A DNA stretch of 62,762 bases, filler included, from Nemertoderma westbladi (GCA_032718475.1; 4 parts of 4 records of this genome joined end to end with filler, not necessarily neighbours in it), one strand, 5' to 3'; numbered from the whole stretch's first letter, positions 45,065-58,800 are shown. A program made the numbers and translations. Notes: a model not told the origin generated them from the sequence alone.

Positions 45065-47293
45065 CCTAACGCAAGCGAACGCGCCACCTTATGGCATCCG
45101 GTGGGTATGACTATAGAAAACGCGACCAAAGAGTGGAACGAAACTCTTAACGTTATCGAAATGTATGGAGTTGTGACTTACGATAACAAAGGTAGCGTTG
45201 CGTTCCGGTTGGAGAACTGGGAACTACGCGAATGATACACATACGTGGACTAGCTGGTTCTACCCATGTGTTTACTCGAGCGTGTTCCGAGGTGATCGAT
45301 TATTCTTTTGAGACTCTCACCGAGATACAAAAGAAACTCTGACATGGACAATTCGAACTTGCGCAGCGTTATGTTACCGATACTGAGCGCAAACCGGCCA
45401 TGGGTTTAGATGGATCGATGCTACCCCAGCCAGTGCTCGAGATGCTGTTTAACGAGAGAATCCTTAAAATCGGCTCAGACGTTTATGGAGATCTCCAAAA
45501 TGACTTCAGAAACATGGAGAATATCCCATATCCTTTCGTAGACACCCAGCTGATTGCTCCCTGGGCAGAAGGCCGAGGTTTCTTCCGAACTATGTATGCT
45601 AATACATCCAGCGGAATCAATAAAGTACAACGAACCTCTATCGGACATCTTGCCTTCCAAGAATACGGAAGGAATTTCAAGGTCGGAAACCCTGTCAGCT
45701 ACCAACAAGTATATGGAGATCATTATTCTCGATTATACTTCGACGGACCATTAACCGCACCTGGCGTCGTTTATAGCTTTATGAGTGTTCCACTCCGTCC
45801 CTCATTAGCTATATACACTATCTTCGAGAACGCCGCACTTGCCGTTTGGCTAGCCGATGTGTGCAGTCGCACTATACGCGCCCATCCCTTGTTACTTGGA
45901 ACCAAACTCGCCAAGCTAGATGAACAAAATAAATTCATCCGATTCGAATGCTTTAGGCGCTTTCTGACTCCGTTCCATAACGTTGATAGTCAGTTCAAGG
46001 ACCGAGCTCTGTCCAAGCTCAGCTTAAGAGACTCAGCTGCTGAGAAGTTGGACAGCGCTGGATTCGCCATTTTTAAGGACGTTTGTATACAGAACTCACA
46101 TTCATCTGTCATACAAAGACCCCGAATCCCCACAGGTTATTCTATCGTGGAAGTTCAAACAGTGGGTCCGCTTGAGGAGACAGCTACACCTACCTCAGCT
46201 ATGCAATTGGAAGACAAACCAATTTGCTTAGAGTCCGAGGAGATTCAACCCACAGCGCCCAGGAGCAGTGACAATGATTATGTTCTGGAATGGTATCAAG
46301 GTCCACAATGTCTCACCGTATACGACTATCGGCATGCCAATTATGTTTCTAGGAAACGTTGCCGATTATGCACATCACGAGATCACTTCCACCCGGTGGA
46401 CTCCAGCGTACCCTGCTCCTACTTTAAAGATCAACCTTCTATGGAGATTTATTGTGCATATTGTAGACTCAATAACCTACACATCTTCGCAGTCTGTCCT
46501 CAATTTAGGACTCAATGTCATCATTGCCAGTTTAAAGGACACGCAAGTTTCGATTGCCCTTTCAACCGAGATCTAGAAAGCGTAGACCAAATGGTTGCCC
46601 TGCGTTATATCCGAGCCTGGGAAGCTAACGCAGATCTCCATTGCGAATCATGTCATCGATACTATCCTGGACGTGCCTATGAAGGAGTCTATGCGTTTCA
46701 CCCATATCTCTTTGCTTCCGTTGAGCAAAAATCTCGCACCCCTAGCTACGAGCTAATGAAGCGTGTTGGCGAGAATATTTCGACTAAATTTGTTCGCAAG
46801 TATCTTAGGAATATTAATCCTAATGACCTTAATTCCTATAACTTGATCAACTTCATCCGTCAAGATCCGGAATATGGTGACTTGTTCATAAACTCTCATC
46901 CAGAGCTACAAGAAGTTCATAGACGACCCTATGAATATAGAGCCCGAGAACGCGAGTTGGAAAGAACCATCAAACCGAGGAAATTTCTCACTACTCACGG
47001 CCAACCTACCGCTCTCGTGCAAACGACTCGTCAGGGACTAGTGAGAGCTGCTGACCTGAAACGCGCTCTAAAGGTTGTCCGACCTCGTTCCACCCACGGA
47101 GGTTGATATCGATCAACCGGGTACCTCGACTGGCGGATACACCAACCGTAATCCGAAACCTTCCGATGCAATTGTATTGCACCCCTCACCCAGGAGTTAT
47201 AGCCATCCTAGTAAAGTGGCTCGCCCCAAAGAGAAAAGGACTCTTACTAGCCTTAAAAAACTTTGTAAACGCCGTTCACGAAAGAAGGACTAA
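45059..47293 (+). pseudogene. Accessory ORF of the LTR element, C-terminal part: DEDDy/RNase D-like exonuclease-type domain + three zinc knuckles + basic tail
   Basis: GVVTYDNKG (45167), MIHIRGLAGSTHVF, LPQPVLEMLFNERILKIGSDVYGDL, FVDTQLIA, SIGHLA and PLRPSLAIYTIFE. Knuckles CRLC..H..C, CAYC..H..C and CHHCQFKGHASFDC at ~46360-46560. The 568-aa ORF 45400-47106 is intact; a shifted frame ends KRRSRKKD*. Confidence 0.65.
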
Positions 47294-47360
47294 TAGTTTA
47301 GAGTATTTTTGTATTTTCGAAACTGTGATTTTTTATATTTTATAGACTTAAATCCCATTT

Positions 47361-47371
47361 TCTGGGAGCGG
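47361..47371 (+). promoter_or_regulatory. Polypurine-tract-like primer site
   Basis: TCTGGGAGCGG abuts the LTR start and is identical at 21658-21668. Confidence 0.75.
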
Positions 47372-48489
47372 TGTAAAAGCTTTTGCAGACATAACAAGTC
47401 ATTTTTACGCAATGCGCAGAATATTCTAAAATAGCCCTAAATTTATCCAACTACGCGACGGGAAGGAATTAGAACCAAGTTGACGAAATCTGTCAGCTGA
47501 TTCTTTGTGGACGTGGAGGTTCTTTGTTCTGCCTTATTCAGCCAATCAGAGCAATTTTCACTTTATGTCTAACAGAAAGCTATGGAAACTCGCACAATGC
47601 ATTACAGTCTTTGTTTACTATTTTCTGAGCATCAGAGCCAGCTCGGAATTTTCTGTGCTTCTGTGTAGAAGTTTCAGACTTTGGCCTAGGAACATCAGAT
47701 GGCCTTGATTATAAGAACGTAAATCTATTAACTCATTTCATCTTATTTGACGCACCACTGAACATTTCATAACTGCATAAGTAACACATACTGACTGTTC
47801 ACTGCATTATTTTACTTCTGTTATAGTATTAATTGTTGTTATATTAATGGATATTGCTGTTATATTTGGAGAATACCGATAAATAATCATAAACCCCTCA
47901 ATCTTCTTGATTACTGAGGTAAGAGGAACAGAGTTTACCGGTAGCAACTGCGACTTAAATTATAGTGGTTTTGTGTGAATTAAATGCTATTTCATAATCC
48001 CTACGTGTGTCAGTTGTGATCCTCCTTATATATGATCAAATTCAGTGACGGTCGGCAGATTAGTGCGAAGTATTGTGAAGTCGTGTGAAGTAATGTGAAG
48101 GTTAATAAAGCATCTCCTAAAAAATGCGCTATTTACGAAACTCTGTGGCCAAATAGGTTGTGATTAGTATAAGTCATAACTCTGTTTTTATACTTAAAGC
48201 GCCACGTCCTAAAGGAACTGTTAATATTTCCCCGAAAGTAAATATATTTGTCAGAGATTATATAGTAGCGATCAATCGAATAATACAGTAGGTCTACACT
48301 GCAATAACTCTCAAGGAATCCGAATCCAGTCTCCCACACCATGGCGTGGGTCATACGCCGCGCACGGACTGGCTTCGGCTGATGTAACTTCAGTACACTA
48401 GGTAATTGATAAAGGCTAAAGTCGATTTATAAACAAGAGGACAACTAAAATTGGCAGGTTAAACTGCTAAAGGTCTAAAAGCGCGAACA
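47372..48489 (+). mobile_element. 3' LTR (~1.12 kb), copy 3
   Basis: TGTAAAAGC...GGTCTAAAAGCGCGAACA. It shares blocks such as GCGCCACGTCCTAAAGGAACTGTTAATATTTCCC with the other two LTRs. Confidence 0.9.
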
Positions 48490-50361
48490 AGTGGAAATGA
48501 GATCCTTCCAGGCTTCCCGCTTATCCATAGTTGTCGCAATTTCGTTTCTCCTAAGTTTAGTATCCCTTTCAAGTTGATCTATATATGTTATGGCAGGTCG
48601 TCCACGACTAAGCTTTCCATGAGTTGGTTGCCAGAGAAGTAGATCTGGTATGACCTCGTCTTTACTTCGCCAGCAGTGCCCACTGAATCTTAATCTGCGT
48701 TCATGGAGGGTGGTTGATACAGGTGGTATTGTACCATAAAGCTCGGCGTTTGTCATGTGTTGTCTCCAGCTGATGTTTAGGGCTGCCTTAGTAGTCTTGT
48801 GTAGCAACCATCAATTCGTTGTTCAAGTGATTTAGTCAGTGTCCAGGTCTAACCCCCGTAGAAAAATACACTTTCCACTGTGGCTCGAAAGAACTTAGTC
48901 TTCAGGTGCCTGGAGAGATCTGATTTCCAGATGGTATCCATTTTTGATAGAGCTACCCAAGCCTTTGCTTTCCTAACTTCTATGTCCTTTTTGCTACTCT
49001 CTATCCATGATCCAAGGTATTGGAAGTCATCGACCTTCCTTAGTTGATTATTATCAATGGTTGTCAAGTTTCCATCATCATTAAAGGTCATGAATTCGGT
49101 CTTGGTAGCATTTATATACAATCCAACCTCCTTAGCAGCCCTCTCCACTTTATTTAGTAGAAGCTGTGCATCTGCTAGCATATTAGAGAGCAGGGCGATG
49201 TCATCCGCAAAGTCGGTGTCTGTGACTGTAGTTGCCGGATATCTACTACTTCTGCGTTCTTGAAGTGTGAATCCCAGATCTTCACCCTTTGTGGCCGTCC
49301 TCATTGCGTAATCCAGCACAATTACAAATAGTAATGGTGCTAATGTGTCACCTTGCAGTACGCCAGCCAGGATTGAGAAAAACTCAGTTTCACCATCTGG
49401 TGAGAGTACCTGCGCTTCTGTGTCACAATATAACAATCCAATGCCAGCAACAATTACTTCTGGTATTCCATAAGCTCTTAGGATTTCAAGCATTTTACCT
49501 CTATGGATGGAGTCGAATGCCTTCTTGAAGTCCACAAAAGTCATGACTGCGGGGAGATTCTTTGACTTAATTCCTTCAATCAGTCTCCGTAGTGCAAGTA
49601 TCTGAGCTATTGTTGATCTACTTGGTCGAAATCCGTTTTGGCTCTTACGCAGTAGTTTCTCTATGTGAGGCCTAATCCTATATAAAATCATTTTATTGTA
49701 TATTTTGGCAGCTACCACAAGCAGACAGATCCCACGATAGTTTGTTGGTATGCCGAGGTCTCCTTTCTTGGGGAGAGGCTTTAGTTGACCTTTAGTCCAA
49801 ATTGGTGGTGGCTTTTCCCCTTTTAACATTGCAAACATTCAATAATGGTCTATTTAGCACTCCGGTTTTCCATACCTCCGCTGGGATTTCATCTAATCCA
49901 CTCGCTTTATTATTGGACATGCTTTTAATGCTTCTTTGGAGTTCGGCAGGTGTGAAGTCCCCTGTTTCTATAGGTATTGTCTTGTCATATATTTTCCTTG
50001 TAGGGCTGACCTTGATGTTTGGTGGCTGCCCAAGCAAGTTGCTGAAATGATTTTTCCACTTCCCAACACGTTCTTCAGGACTATCGGCTTTGAGGCGCCC
50101 CTTTGCACAACTTTTCCGACCAGATACCTCATTTACAGTTTGCCAGGTAAGTCTTGATTGGTGCTGTATGTGAGCAGTTGTAATTGCTTCAGTTTTATCC
50201 TGTATGTACTTTTCCTGGCTGATGTTGTAGGCCAATTTAAGATCGTCCTTAGCTTTCTCAACCTTGTTAATGTTTTCGGTTGTTGGTTGTTCGGTTTTAA
50301 CTTTGTAGGCTATCTTAAGATCCTCACTCTTACAAGTAGCCTCAGAGTTTTGCCATGGCAC
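48490..50361 (-). mobile_element. RTE-like LINE RT fragment, frameshifted; its 3' end is cut by the LTR element
   Basis: KASGLDEIP, NYRGICLL, QNGFRPSRST, FVDFKKAFDS, GVLQGDTLAP, DFADDIALL, FQYLGSWI and RLRFSGHCWR. Confidence 0.9.
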
Positions 50362-50393
50362 ATACTGTTTTATTGTATACTTAGTGAATATAT

Positions 50394-53300
50394 CGTCCCT
50401 AATTTAAACATAAGGCCCTAACTCACAAAATCATGTTTTGAGAAAATCGACGATTCGAAGTAATTCGCATACGTGCTTTCAGAAAATCGCACTTTCAAAG
50501 CCATAGCATTAGCCATTCTCGAGATATTAAGCTTTGCATAACGCCCTAACTCCGCAATTTACACTGTTCGAATGGCAGCCAATATTTTTTCATAACGCCC
50601 TAACTCCCATCTACCATAGACATTACATAGTATCCACTCCTAACAACCAATCCAATAGTATTATTCATAGGAAAGCCTTTCAAAAACAACGAGGGGTATT
50701 TAAAGTAGTGTTACGTGCATGGTGTGCTGTATGCAGAATCGCCATACTGCAGATACTACTATACTGCATTTAGGCATTTTCATTTCACATCCGCGATGTC
50801 GTCAAGAAAGACTTACCCAAAGAGGCTGAGGAAATGTAGAGTGGACTCCTACTGCTACAACGCCAAACAACACGAAAAGAAGAAAAGTAAAGCTGGGTGC
50901 TGTAAAGATTCTGTAGCGCTTCTGTCAGATCATACATACTGTAGCACTGCATATAGACCCCCAAACGGTAATTTCGTCAATGCAGCCACAGAAAGACTTT
51001 CTGTGGCTGCACAGGATGAAGAGATCACAACAGATCTGGATCCTATGTTATGTGTCCTAGATATCTCCAGCGACAGTGATAATGTTCTTGGCCCACATGA
51101 TGTCAACTTATGGAGTGGGCTTCAGGATATAATCTTGGGAGAAGCCCAGGAAATACAGTTTGAAGTACAGCAGGATACTGAAGTTGATGCGGGGATATCA
51201 GATGCATTCCACGACGTGGATTTGCAATTCTGTCGATTTCGGGACGATGATTTATTGGGAGGTTTTCAAGATATAGATCAATGGGGTGGATTACAATATT
51301 TAGACCTTGGGGTTGTGCGTGCTGTAGGTGAGATTGGCGAAGATGGAGAACATGATTTACGAGCATCACTAGATCGAGGTACAGATGGTAGCATATTTAA
51401 TACAGGTTTCTGCTATCAACCACAGGATTGTGAGTTAGGAATTGCACCCCAAGATCCGAGTAGTGATCCAAACTATTATCCAAGTAGCGAGAGTGAGGAT
51501 TCTGCAGATGTTGAGCAGCCTACAGAGACTTATATTGAAGCCCCCAATCCAATGAAGAAAGGCAGGAAAATCAAACCATATAGCAGCAAAGAGAGGCACA
51601 ACCTACGAGAGAAGGGTCTGTCATATACCACGAAATCCGGGAAGGTCAAACCAGCTTGCAGTATGAGGCAAGTGCAATGTAAGTGTCCCCATGGATGCTC
51701 TGGGAAATGGACAGATGGAGATCGACAGCATAATTTCGACTTGTACTGGAAGGAAACAGATGAGAGGCAAGGTCGCCATAACTTTCTCAATTCCATGATT
51801 CGTGTAGGTGGAACACAGCAGAAGTCATCGAGTGTAATAACGAAACATACTGTAGATCAAGTTCTAAGAGGTATTTCTTGCTCAAAGATGGCCAAAAAGA
51901 GCAGGTGTGCAGAGCATTCTTCCTGGGAACATTGAGTGTTGGTGAAAAGGAGGTTAGGTGGATGTTGGGCCACAGAACTGAGGCTAAGCTTCCGTCTAAA
52001 GACAAACGTGGTGTAAACACTCGGGGAAAAGCTGGTATAAGAGCATCTGTTCACAAATTCATAAATAAGCTGCCAATAATGGAGCCGCACTACGTTCGAA
52101 ATAATTCCCGCCGCAAGTACCTGCCTCAGCGTTTCAAGAACCTGACCAATCTTTATCGCATTTATAAGAAAGACACGTTGCTTAACGACAAGGTCTCAAA
52201 ATCGACATTTCGATCGATTTTTCTAAGTGACTATAACGTTTTTTCACCAACCCAAGAAGGATAAATGCGTTATTTGTCATCGAAAAGATACTGGTGGTGA
52301 TTACAGTGAGGAAGAATACAAAGCTCACGTTGAAGAGAAGAATGCTGTGAATAACTATTTCTTGAAATGTCAAAGTGAGTCCAAGGAGGCCGAATATAAT
52401 TACATTGTTGCTAGTTTCGACCTACAAAAGGTATTGAATACACCCCATGGTGACTCTATGTTAACTGGTTATAGTAGGAAACTGGCACAGTATAATCAGT
52501 CTGTCTACGAAAGCAATTCGAATCGTGGTATATGTTACCTTTGGGGGGAGTGGCAGGCAGGACGTGGAGCCAATGAAACAGCTAGTTGTGTTTATCAGTA
52601 CTTACGAAGCATCGATCTGCCAACGAATCTGAATGTAAAGTTGTTTTGTGGCAGTTGTGGGGGGCAAAATAAAAATCGGGGAGTCATAGCCATGATTTAT
52701 CACCAACTAATCCGTTCCGATCACATTGAAACAATCGAGCTCAATTATCTCGTTCCTGGCCACACGTATATGCCAGTCGATTCGATCCACACAGCACCAT
52801 TGAGAGATCTGTTTCCAACATGATGGTTTGGGCACCATCCATGTGGGCAGGGATTATCTTAGGTTCTAGACAAGATGAAGCTACTGTTCCTTACGAGGTT
52901 CAGGTGTTGGAAACTAAGAACGTTCTGAAGTGGATGGAAGCTGCAGATGACATTCTTCCTTTAATGATGGTGGATGAGGCAAATGAAAGAGTCAGGTGGT
53001 CGAAAATGCGAAGGGTGTTATTTCTTCGGGGCAGCGATACGATGGACATACAGTATACGTCGAATTCCCAGCCGGTGAAAGTCAAGTTCATACGTGGTTT
53101 TGGTCGTCGGTCTAATTTGCTAGATCTACCAAAGCGAGCCTTTGAGTTTAAGCCTTGCATATCCAGAGCCAAATATAATGACTTAATGAAGTTAGTGAAG
53201 AATGGCGTTATTCCTAAAATCTTTCATCGGGAATACTTGGCTCTCAGACCAGGTGATGGGGTTCGCGACTCTCTAGATGAAACCGACGAGGAGGAGGTCA

Positions 53301-53924
53301 TAGATGAGGAATGAAACGGTGACTTTATCTCTCATAGACTGGAGTACAGTAGATTGTTATAGAGGAGATCCGAGTTTGGACTAATGAATATCAACGGTTT
53401 CTTTCTTGTTCTTTCCTCTGTACTCTACTCTACTTTATACTTTGTTGTTTTTTATTCATATCGATGTTAAATCAATACTTGAGTGACGTTGCATTGAAAT
53501 CGAAAATTTTCAATAATGGCAAGACATAAAGGCTGCTGCAAGACATTTTCTGCAGTGTGATTGACAGTTCCAAACACACACAGACACACGACATGAGAAA
53601 CGTTTTTCAATATACCAAAAACGCGCTGTATTTTCCACTCTTTAATACATAATAACAGTGCAGCGAAATGTTAGGGCGTTTTGAATTGACACACATCTGC
53701 CAAAGTTGGTTTTTTCAAAACGCCCTAACTAATATTTTTTTTAATTTCCATTCCAAATGTCCATTTCGGACAGATTTTAATAGCAAAATCAAATTCCTTG
53801 TATTCCTTTTGCCTAAAAATCGCATTTTCAGCGCCTTACAAGGATCCATGAATTTATAGTAAAAAAAGTCGATTTTATCAAAACATGATTTTTTGAGTTA
53901 GGGCCTTATGTTTTAATAGGGACG
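50394..53924 (+). mobile_element. Full-length but inactivated Sola1-like DNA transposon
   Basis: ~57-bp imperfect TIRs (CGTCCCTA...AAAATCGAC / GTCGATTTT...TAGGGACG) are flanked by AWWT tetramers (ATAT / AATT). The transposase is split over ORFs 50715-53314: PHYVR..RKYLP, PKKDKC..C, FDLQKVL.TP, YSRKL..YN, W.E..AGRGANE.ASC, CGGQNKN and GHTYMPVDS.H. The expected Asp before CGGQNKN reads Gly. Confidence 0.8.
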
Positions 53925-54051
53925 AATTATACTTGTGACCTCCTACATAGTTGAGTCATGTTTGTTTAGTTTAAGAAGATATCATTTGTTTCCATTTGCG
54001 TCTCTACTGTATTATTGTTTCTATAGTGTTTTGGTGTAATAAAAAACTTCA

Positions 54052-54190
54052 ACTTTCATACTGGTTCTTTGTAATAATTTTAAATTTGTGGAAAAAACCC
54101 GAGAGTTTATTGTTACAAATGTTACGTTCAAAGATTTTTCCAAATACGGGGAGAAGTGAAATCGGTCTGTAATTACCAGGAATATACATA
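54052..54190 (-). mobile_element. Short LINE RT fragment (L2/CR1 group)
   Basis: NYRPISLLPVFGKIFER...KNQY. Confidence 0.65.
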
Positions 54191-54471
54191 TAAGGGGAGC
54201 CGGATTTGTGAACCGGGATATATCTTTTTACAGAACACAGTAGAACACACCCGAACACACTCAAAAAACTGCCGAACACAATCGAACACAGTCGAAAATA
54301 GAAAGAGCACAACAAAATAACACCGCATACCAACTTTTAGATAAAATTAGCAATGCGTTGCTTTTCTATAAGAAAATTCCCGAAATTATTTTATAAAATT
54401 GTCGCGAAATTAAATATTCATTTATTTTCAGATCAAGCCTAGCCTAAGCCGACAATGGGTCCGTCTAAAAG

Positions 54472-55270
54472 CCACATCGGACCCAATCGGTACCACATCG
54501 GACCAAATCGGACCACATCGGACCACATCGGGGCCACATCGGACCACATCGGGGCCACATCGGAGCCACATCGGCCATAAAATAGCAATTTAGGATGTAA
54601 ATAACAAGTTCCAGCACCAACCAGCCAACTGACCAAACTCGTATCAGTAATTCAGTAATTGTTAGTCTTTCTGACAACATGTCAGGCTGGTAACCGGTAC
54701 TGCACTGCAGTAGGTACTAGATACTACAATATCTAATGCAGAGACTATTGCCCCTACTTATACAGTACTGTACCCGTCTGCAGGTATACACAATGAGCTT
54801 GGCAGTTATTGTATTTGTATAATTATACTATACTATACTGTACTATATACTGACTGACTGATATATAACACATGCACTAGAGACAATCTTCAGAATTAAT
54901 ATCCCGCCTCAATGTTATATTCTCAATTTAGGGAAAGGAGCAGGTTGCAGTGGCCCCGATGTGGTCCGATGTGGTCCGATGTGGTACCGATGTGGTACCG
55001 ATTGGGTCCGATGCCCGGTACCCATAAGGTCCGATGTGATACCGATTTGGTCCGATGTGGTGCCGATTTGTTCCAATGTCGTACCGATGTGGTACCGATT
55101 GGGTCCGATGTGGTACCGATTGGGTCCGATGTGGTACCCATAAGGTCCGATGTGGTACCGATTTGGTCCAATGTGGTACCGATTTGGTCCAATGTGGTAC
55201 CGATTTGGTCCGATGTGGTACTGATGTGGTACCGATTGGGTCCGATGTGGTACCGATGTGGGTCCGAATT
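54472..55270. repeat. Two oppositely oriented arrays of 10-11-bp repeats (foldback-like)
   Basis: (CCACATCGGA)n-like at 54472-54575 and (TCCGATGTGG)n-like at ~54951-55270. Confidence 0.85.
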
Positions 55271-55841
55271 GGTACTGATTTTCTTATTATTTTGGGTGAT
55301 GCAGCATACATGTAACTGTAAGCGTAACCTGTTATTTTACTTTAGTTTGTTTATTTATTTATGTTTTTAATTTGGCATAATGATATAATGTAATACCCAA
55401 AAAAATATCAACATCTAGGAGGAGAAGAGTGTTTTGTACGCTTGATGACAATTGAATTCCCAATAGAGTGTATGGTTTATGAATGCCATGGCGTTTTATC
55501 ATCGAACATCTAACTGTCAATTGAAAAAGACATTGTAGTAACACGATATGCGATCCACGGTTTCCATCATACAACATATTCTTCCACCAATCGGAATGGA
55601 GTCGCCTGGGATCCATGGACGCTGGAGGTGCTATCTACTTTATTGCTCAAACAATCCCAGATCATGACATATTTATACTGTATTTCATATGTACTGTAGG
55701 CCTACACAGTACATTTTATCTAATTATAAATTATCAACTTTTTGAAGATCAAATTATAGATAATATATTATTATATTATTTAGTTACGGCCACTATCAGC
55801 CATTACTACTAGGATCGGCATGCTGCATTGCAGCTGCATTT

Positions 55842-58800
55842 TTAAGAATGCTGTGCCGGCTTGTCAACAAAATTGCGCCGCCACAACTCCCTATCACCCA
55901 TGACATTTGCTAGATCATCCGCATCTTTAAGGCCAGTGTCCTTTAAGATGCGTCTCAAGAAAGTCATGGGCTGTCCACCATGATTATTCACTCCATGAGG
56001 CTGCCAAAGTACAAGATTATGCACTGGCTGGTCCTCACGGCGAAAGCAATGTCCTGCAAAGCGGAGGCGATTTTGTNNNNNNNNNNNNNNNNNNNNNNNN
56101 NNNNNNNNNNNNNNNNNNNNTTAATTAATTAANNNNNNNNNNNNNNNNNNNNNNNNNNNNNNNNNNNNNNNNNNNNTCCTACTACTAACCTGGCGTAGCA
56201 TTCTTGTGAATGTGCCATCCAGAGATTTGGTGTCGTCAGCAGTTAGAGCCCAGCATGGACTCCCGTAGAGGAGTACTGGAACTACTGCTGCTCTAAATAA
56301 TCGGACCTTAAGTTTCCGATTAATTCTCGGTGACTTCCAAATCCTGGAAAGCCTATTCAAGGCTGCCCATGCCTTTCCCTTACGTATTCGAAGGTCCTCA
56401 CCTGACTTCCGGATCCATGATCCCAGGTAACAGAAGTCGTCCACATGCTCAAGCATACCATCCTTTGAGCTTATGCTCATCCGATCAGAGACTTGCTGAG
56501 GACTTTCAAAGTTAACTGTCAGAATTTTGGTCTTTCTGGAGTTAATAAAAAGACCAACACCAACAGAAGCAGCATGTTCTAATGAGCTGAGGAGCCGTTG
56601 GGCTACCTCTAATGATTCTGAGAGTACTCTTAAGTCATCAGAAAAGTCTAGATCAGTTAGGTACTTTGCAGGATTTCCTCGACTTCTGGAGCCAGTAGGT
56701 GGAGTTATCATCACCCCATCATCATTATAATGATCTAAGGACATGCGTAGAACATAGTCAACCACAATAATGAACAAGAATGGTGCAAGTGTGTCTCCTT
56801 GGAGGACGCCCCATAACACTTCAAATGGTTCTGTGTCACCGTCAACAGTAGACACAAATGTTGTCGAACCATCGTATACTGATCTGATTGCTGCAATAAT
56901 TTCATCAGGAATCCCATATAATGAAAGTATGCTGAACATACGTGAGCGAGAGACTGAATCAAAGGCCTTGAAGAAGTCAACAAAGATAACAGCCAGATGC
57001 CTGTCTTTCTTTTTTGATAACTCTTCAATTATCCTTCTAAGTGCCAAAATGGGCTCCATGGTCCCACGACCTTTACGAAACCCATTCTGATTTCCACGGA
57101 GCAGTCTCTCAATGGGATCCCTGATGCGATTTAATAGAATCCTATTGTATAGCTTTGCAGCAATCGAGATCAATGAGATTCCCCGAAAAGAACCATAGAG
57201 TGTTAGGTTGCCCTTCTTGGGAACTGGCACCAACTTATTTGTTTTCATTTCTTGTGGGACTCTTGTTGTTCGGTACATGTCTACTATGATGGGATAGATG
57301 AGCTTTAAACACTCAGGTATTTTAAATACCTCAGGGGGAACACCATCTACTCCACTGGCACGATTGGTCTTAATGCTCTTTGCAGCAGCCTTCACTTCTG
57401 CAAAGGAGATATCGCCAATGGGAATATCTGGGAGTACAGACTCAGACACTTTTACTTCTATAAAGTTATCAGGCAATACCCTGTCATTATTGAGGAGCTT
57501 TTCAAAGTGGGCTTTCCAACCATTGAGGCGATCGGCTGGTGATTCAGCCTTAACCTTGGTGGTTGGCTGGCTTTTTCGCCCAGTAAGCAGATTGATCGAT
57601 TTCCATGCCTGGGATGATTGCCCGCTGTCGTCAGCATCATTGATGGCATCAACCTGTTGATTTATTAGCTCCTGTAGATTAGCAGAGTACTGCCTGTTCA
57701 GGGACCTAGATGCAGCCTTAACTGCATTCTTGGCCGCTGTAGTCTGTTTGAATCGGAACTCTTTCTGCGCCTTATGAAGGTCATTTCGGCACTTCTGAAT
57801 TTTGTTGTCAGTCCAGGGGGCCTTTTTCCTGTTTCGAGGGTATACAGGAACTGTTTCTGCAGCTGCTAACTTAACTGCTTCTGTAAAGGCAGTATAGCCC
57901 TCACAGTGATCTGCCGCCTCAGAGGCAAGAGCCTCATACCTGTTGCTCAGCTGTAGTGTGAAGCTGGATCTCACACTTGGCTGTTGCAACAGAGAGGACC
58001 AGTCATGCCGCGGCAAGGCAGATTTCGTTGTTCTGCTAGCACGCAGACTAAGTCTTACCTTGGCCACAATAAGGCGGTGATCACTGGAGAAGGGTCGAAG
58101 TGTAAATGCATTACAGTTTTGTATAGAGCTCCTGTATTTCCTACGAAACAGAATATGGTCTATCTGGGACTTGTGACCACTGGGTCCACTATGAGTCCAT
58201 AGCTTTCCAGTTCGCTTCTTGAACTGGGTTCCAGCCGAAAACAATCCATTTTCAGAGATAAAATCCTGGAGATGGACAGAATTTCGGTTAACACTATTGC
58301 TATAGACCCAGGGCGATGTAGGTGATTGATGCAGACTTGCATTAAAGTCTCCCAGGAATGTTAAGAATGCATGCTGATCTACTCCATCAGTAGCTGCTTG
58401 TAGATTGTGGTAGAAATTTTCCACCTCCTCTACAGGGGCAACACTAGTTGGAGAGTAGCACACAATCAGAACCACCTTAGGAAACTTCTTAGCCAGTCTT
58501 CCAGAACATGAGAAGTGGCAACGGATGATGCGGTTAGAGATTTGGTCTATTTTGTCCAATGCTGCATGTACAGTTGGATTCATCAATAGACCAATTCCAC
58601 CATTGCCACTATCATCTGCTGACGCGAGGGCGAGTCGCCAACCGCCCCCCATGTCCTTAATCAGAACCTCATCAGTCTGTCCAGTCTGCATTCAGTGCTC
58701 TTGAACACCCACTGCGCTAAGAGAAAGCTTATCTGCCAAGGCAGTCAGCTCACCTTGTCGCATTGGGGACCCGAGTGTTAGGGTGTTTACTGAGGCTAGT
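55842..58800 (-). mobile_element. Near full-length RTE-like LINE ORF (APE endonuclease + RT), spanning a scaffold gap
   Basis: ASVNTLTL...GVQEH* (in-frame stop), GGIGLL, CYSPT, GDFNA, QIDHIL, SDHRLI, QNGFRKGR, DFFKAFDS, QGDTLAP, DFSDDL and FCYLGSWI. The C-terminus RLRFAGHCFR...WRR lies beyond the gap. Confidence 0.92.
56077..56176. other. Scaffold gap with TTAATTAATTAA linker
   Basis: N-run with linker. Confidence 0.98.

Noticed and set aside
54439-55370. Multiple overlapping ORFs on both strands
   Set aside because: Translations of 10-11-bp repeat arrays.
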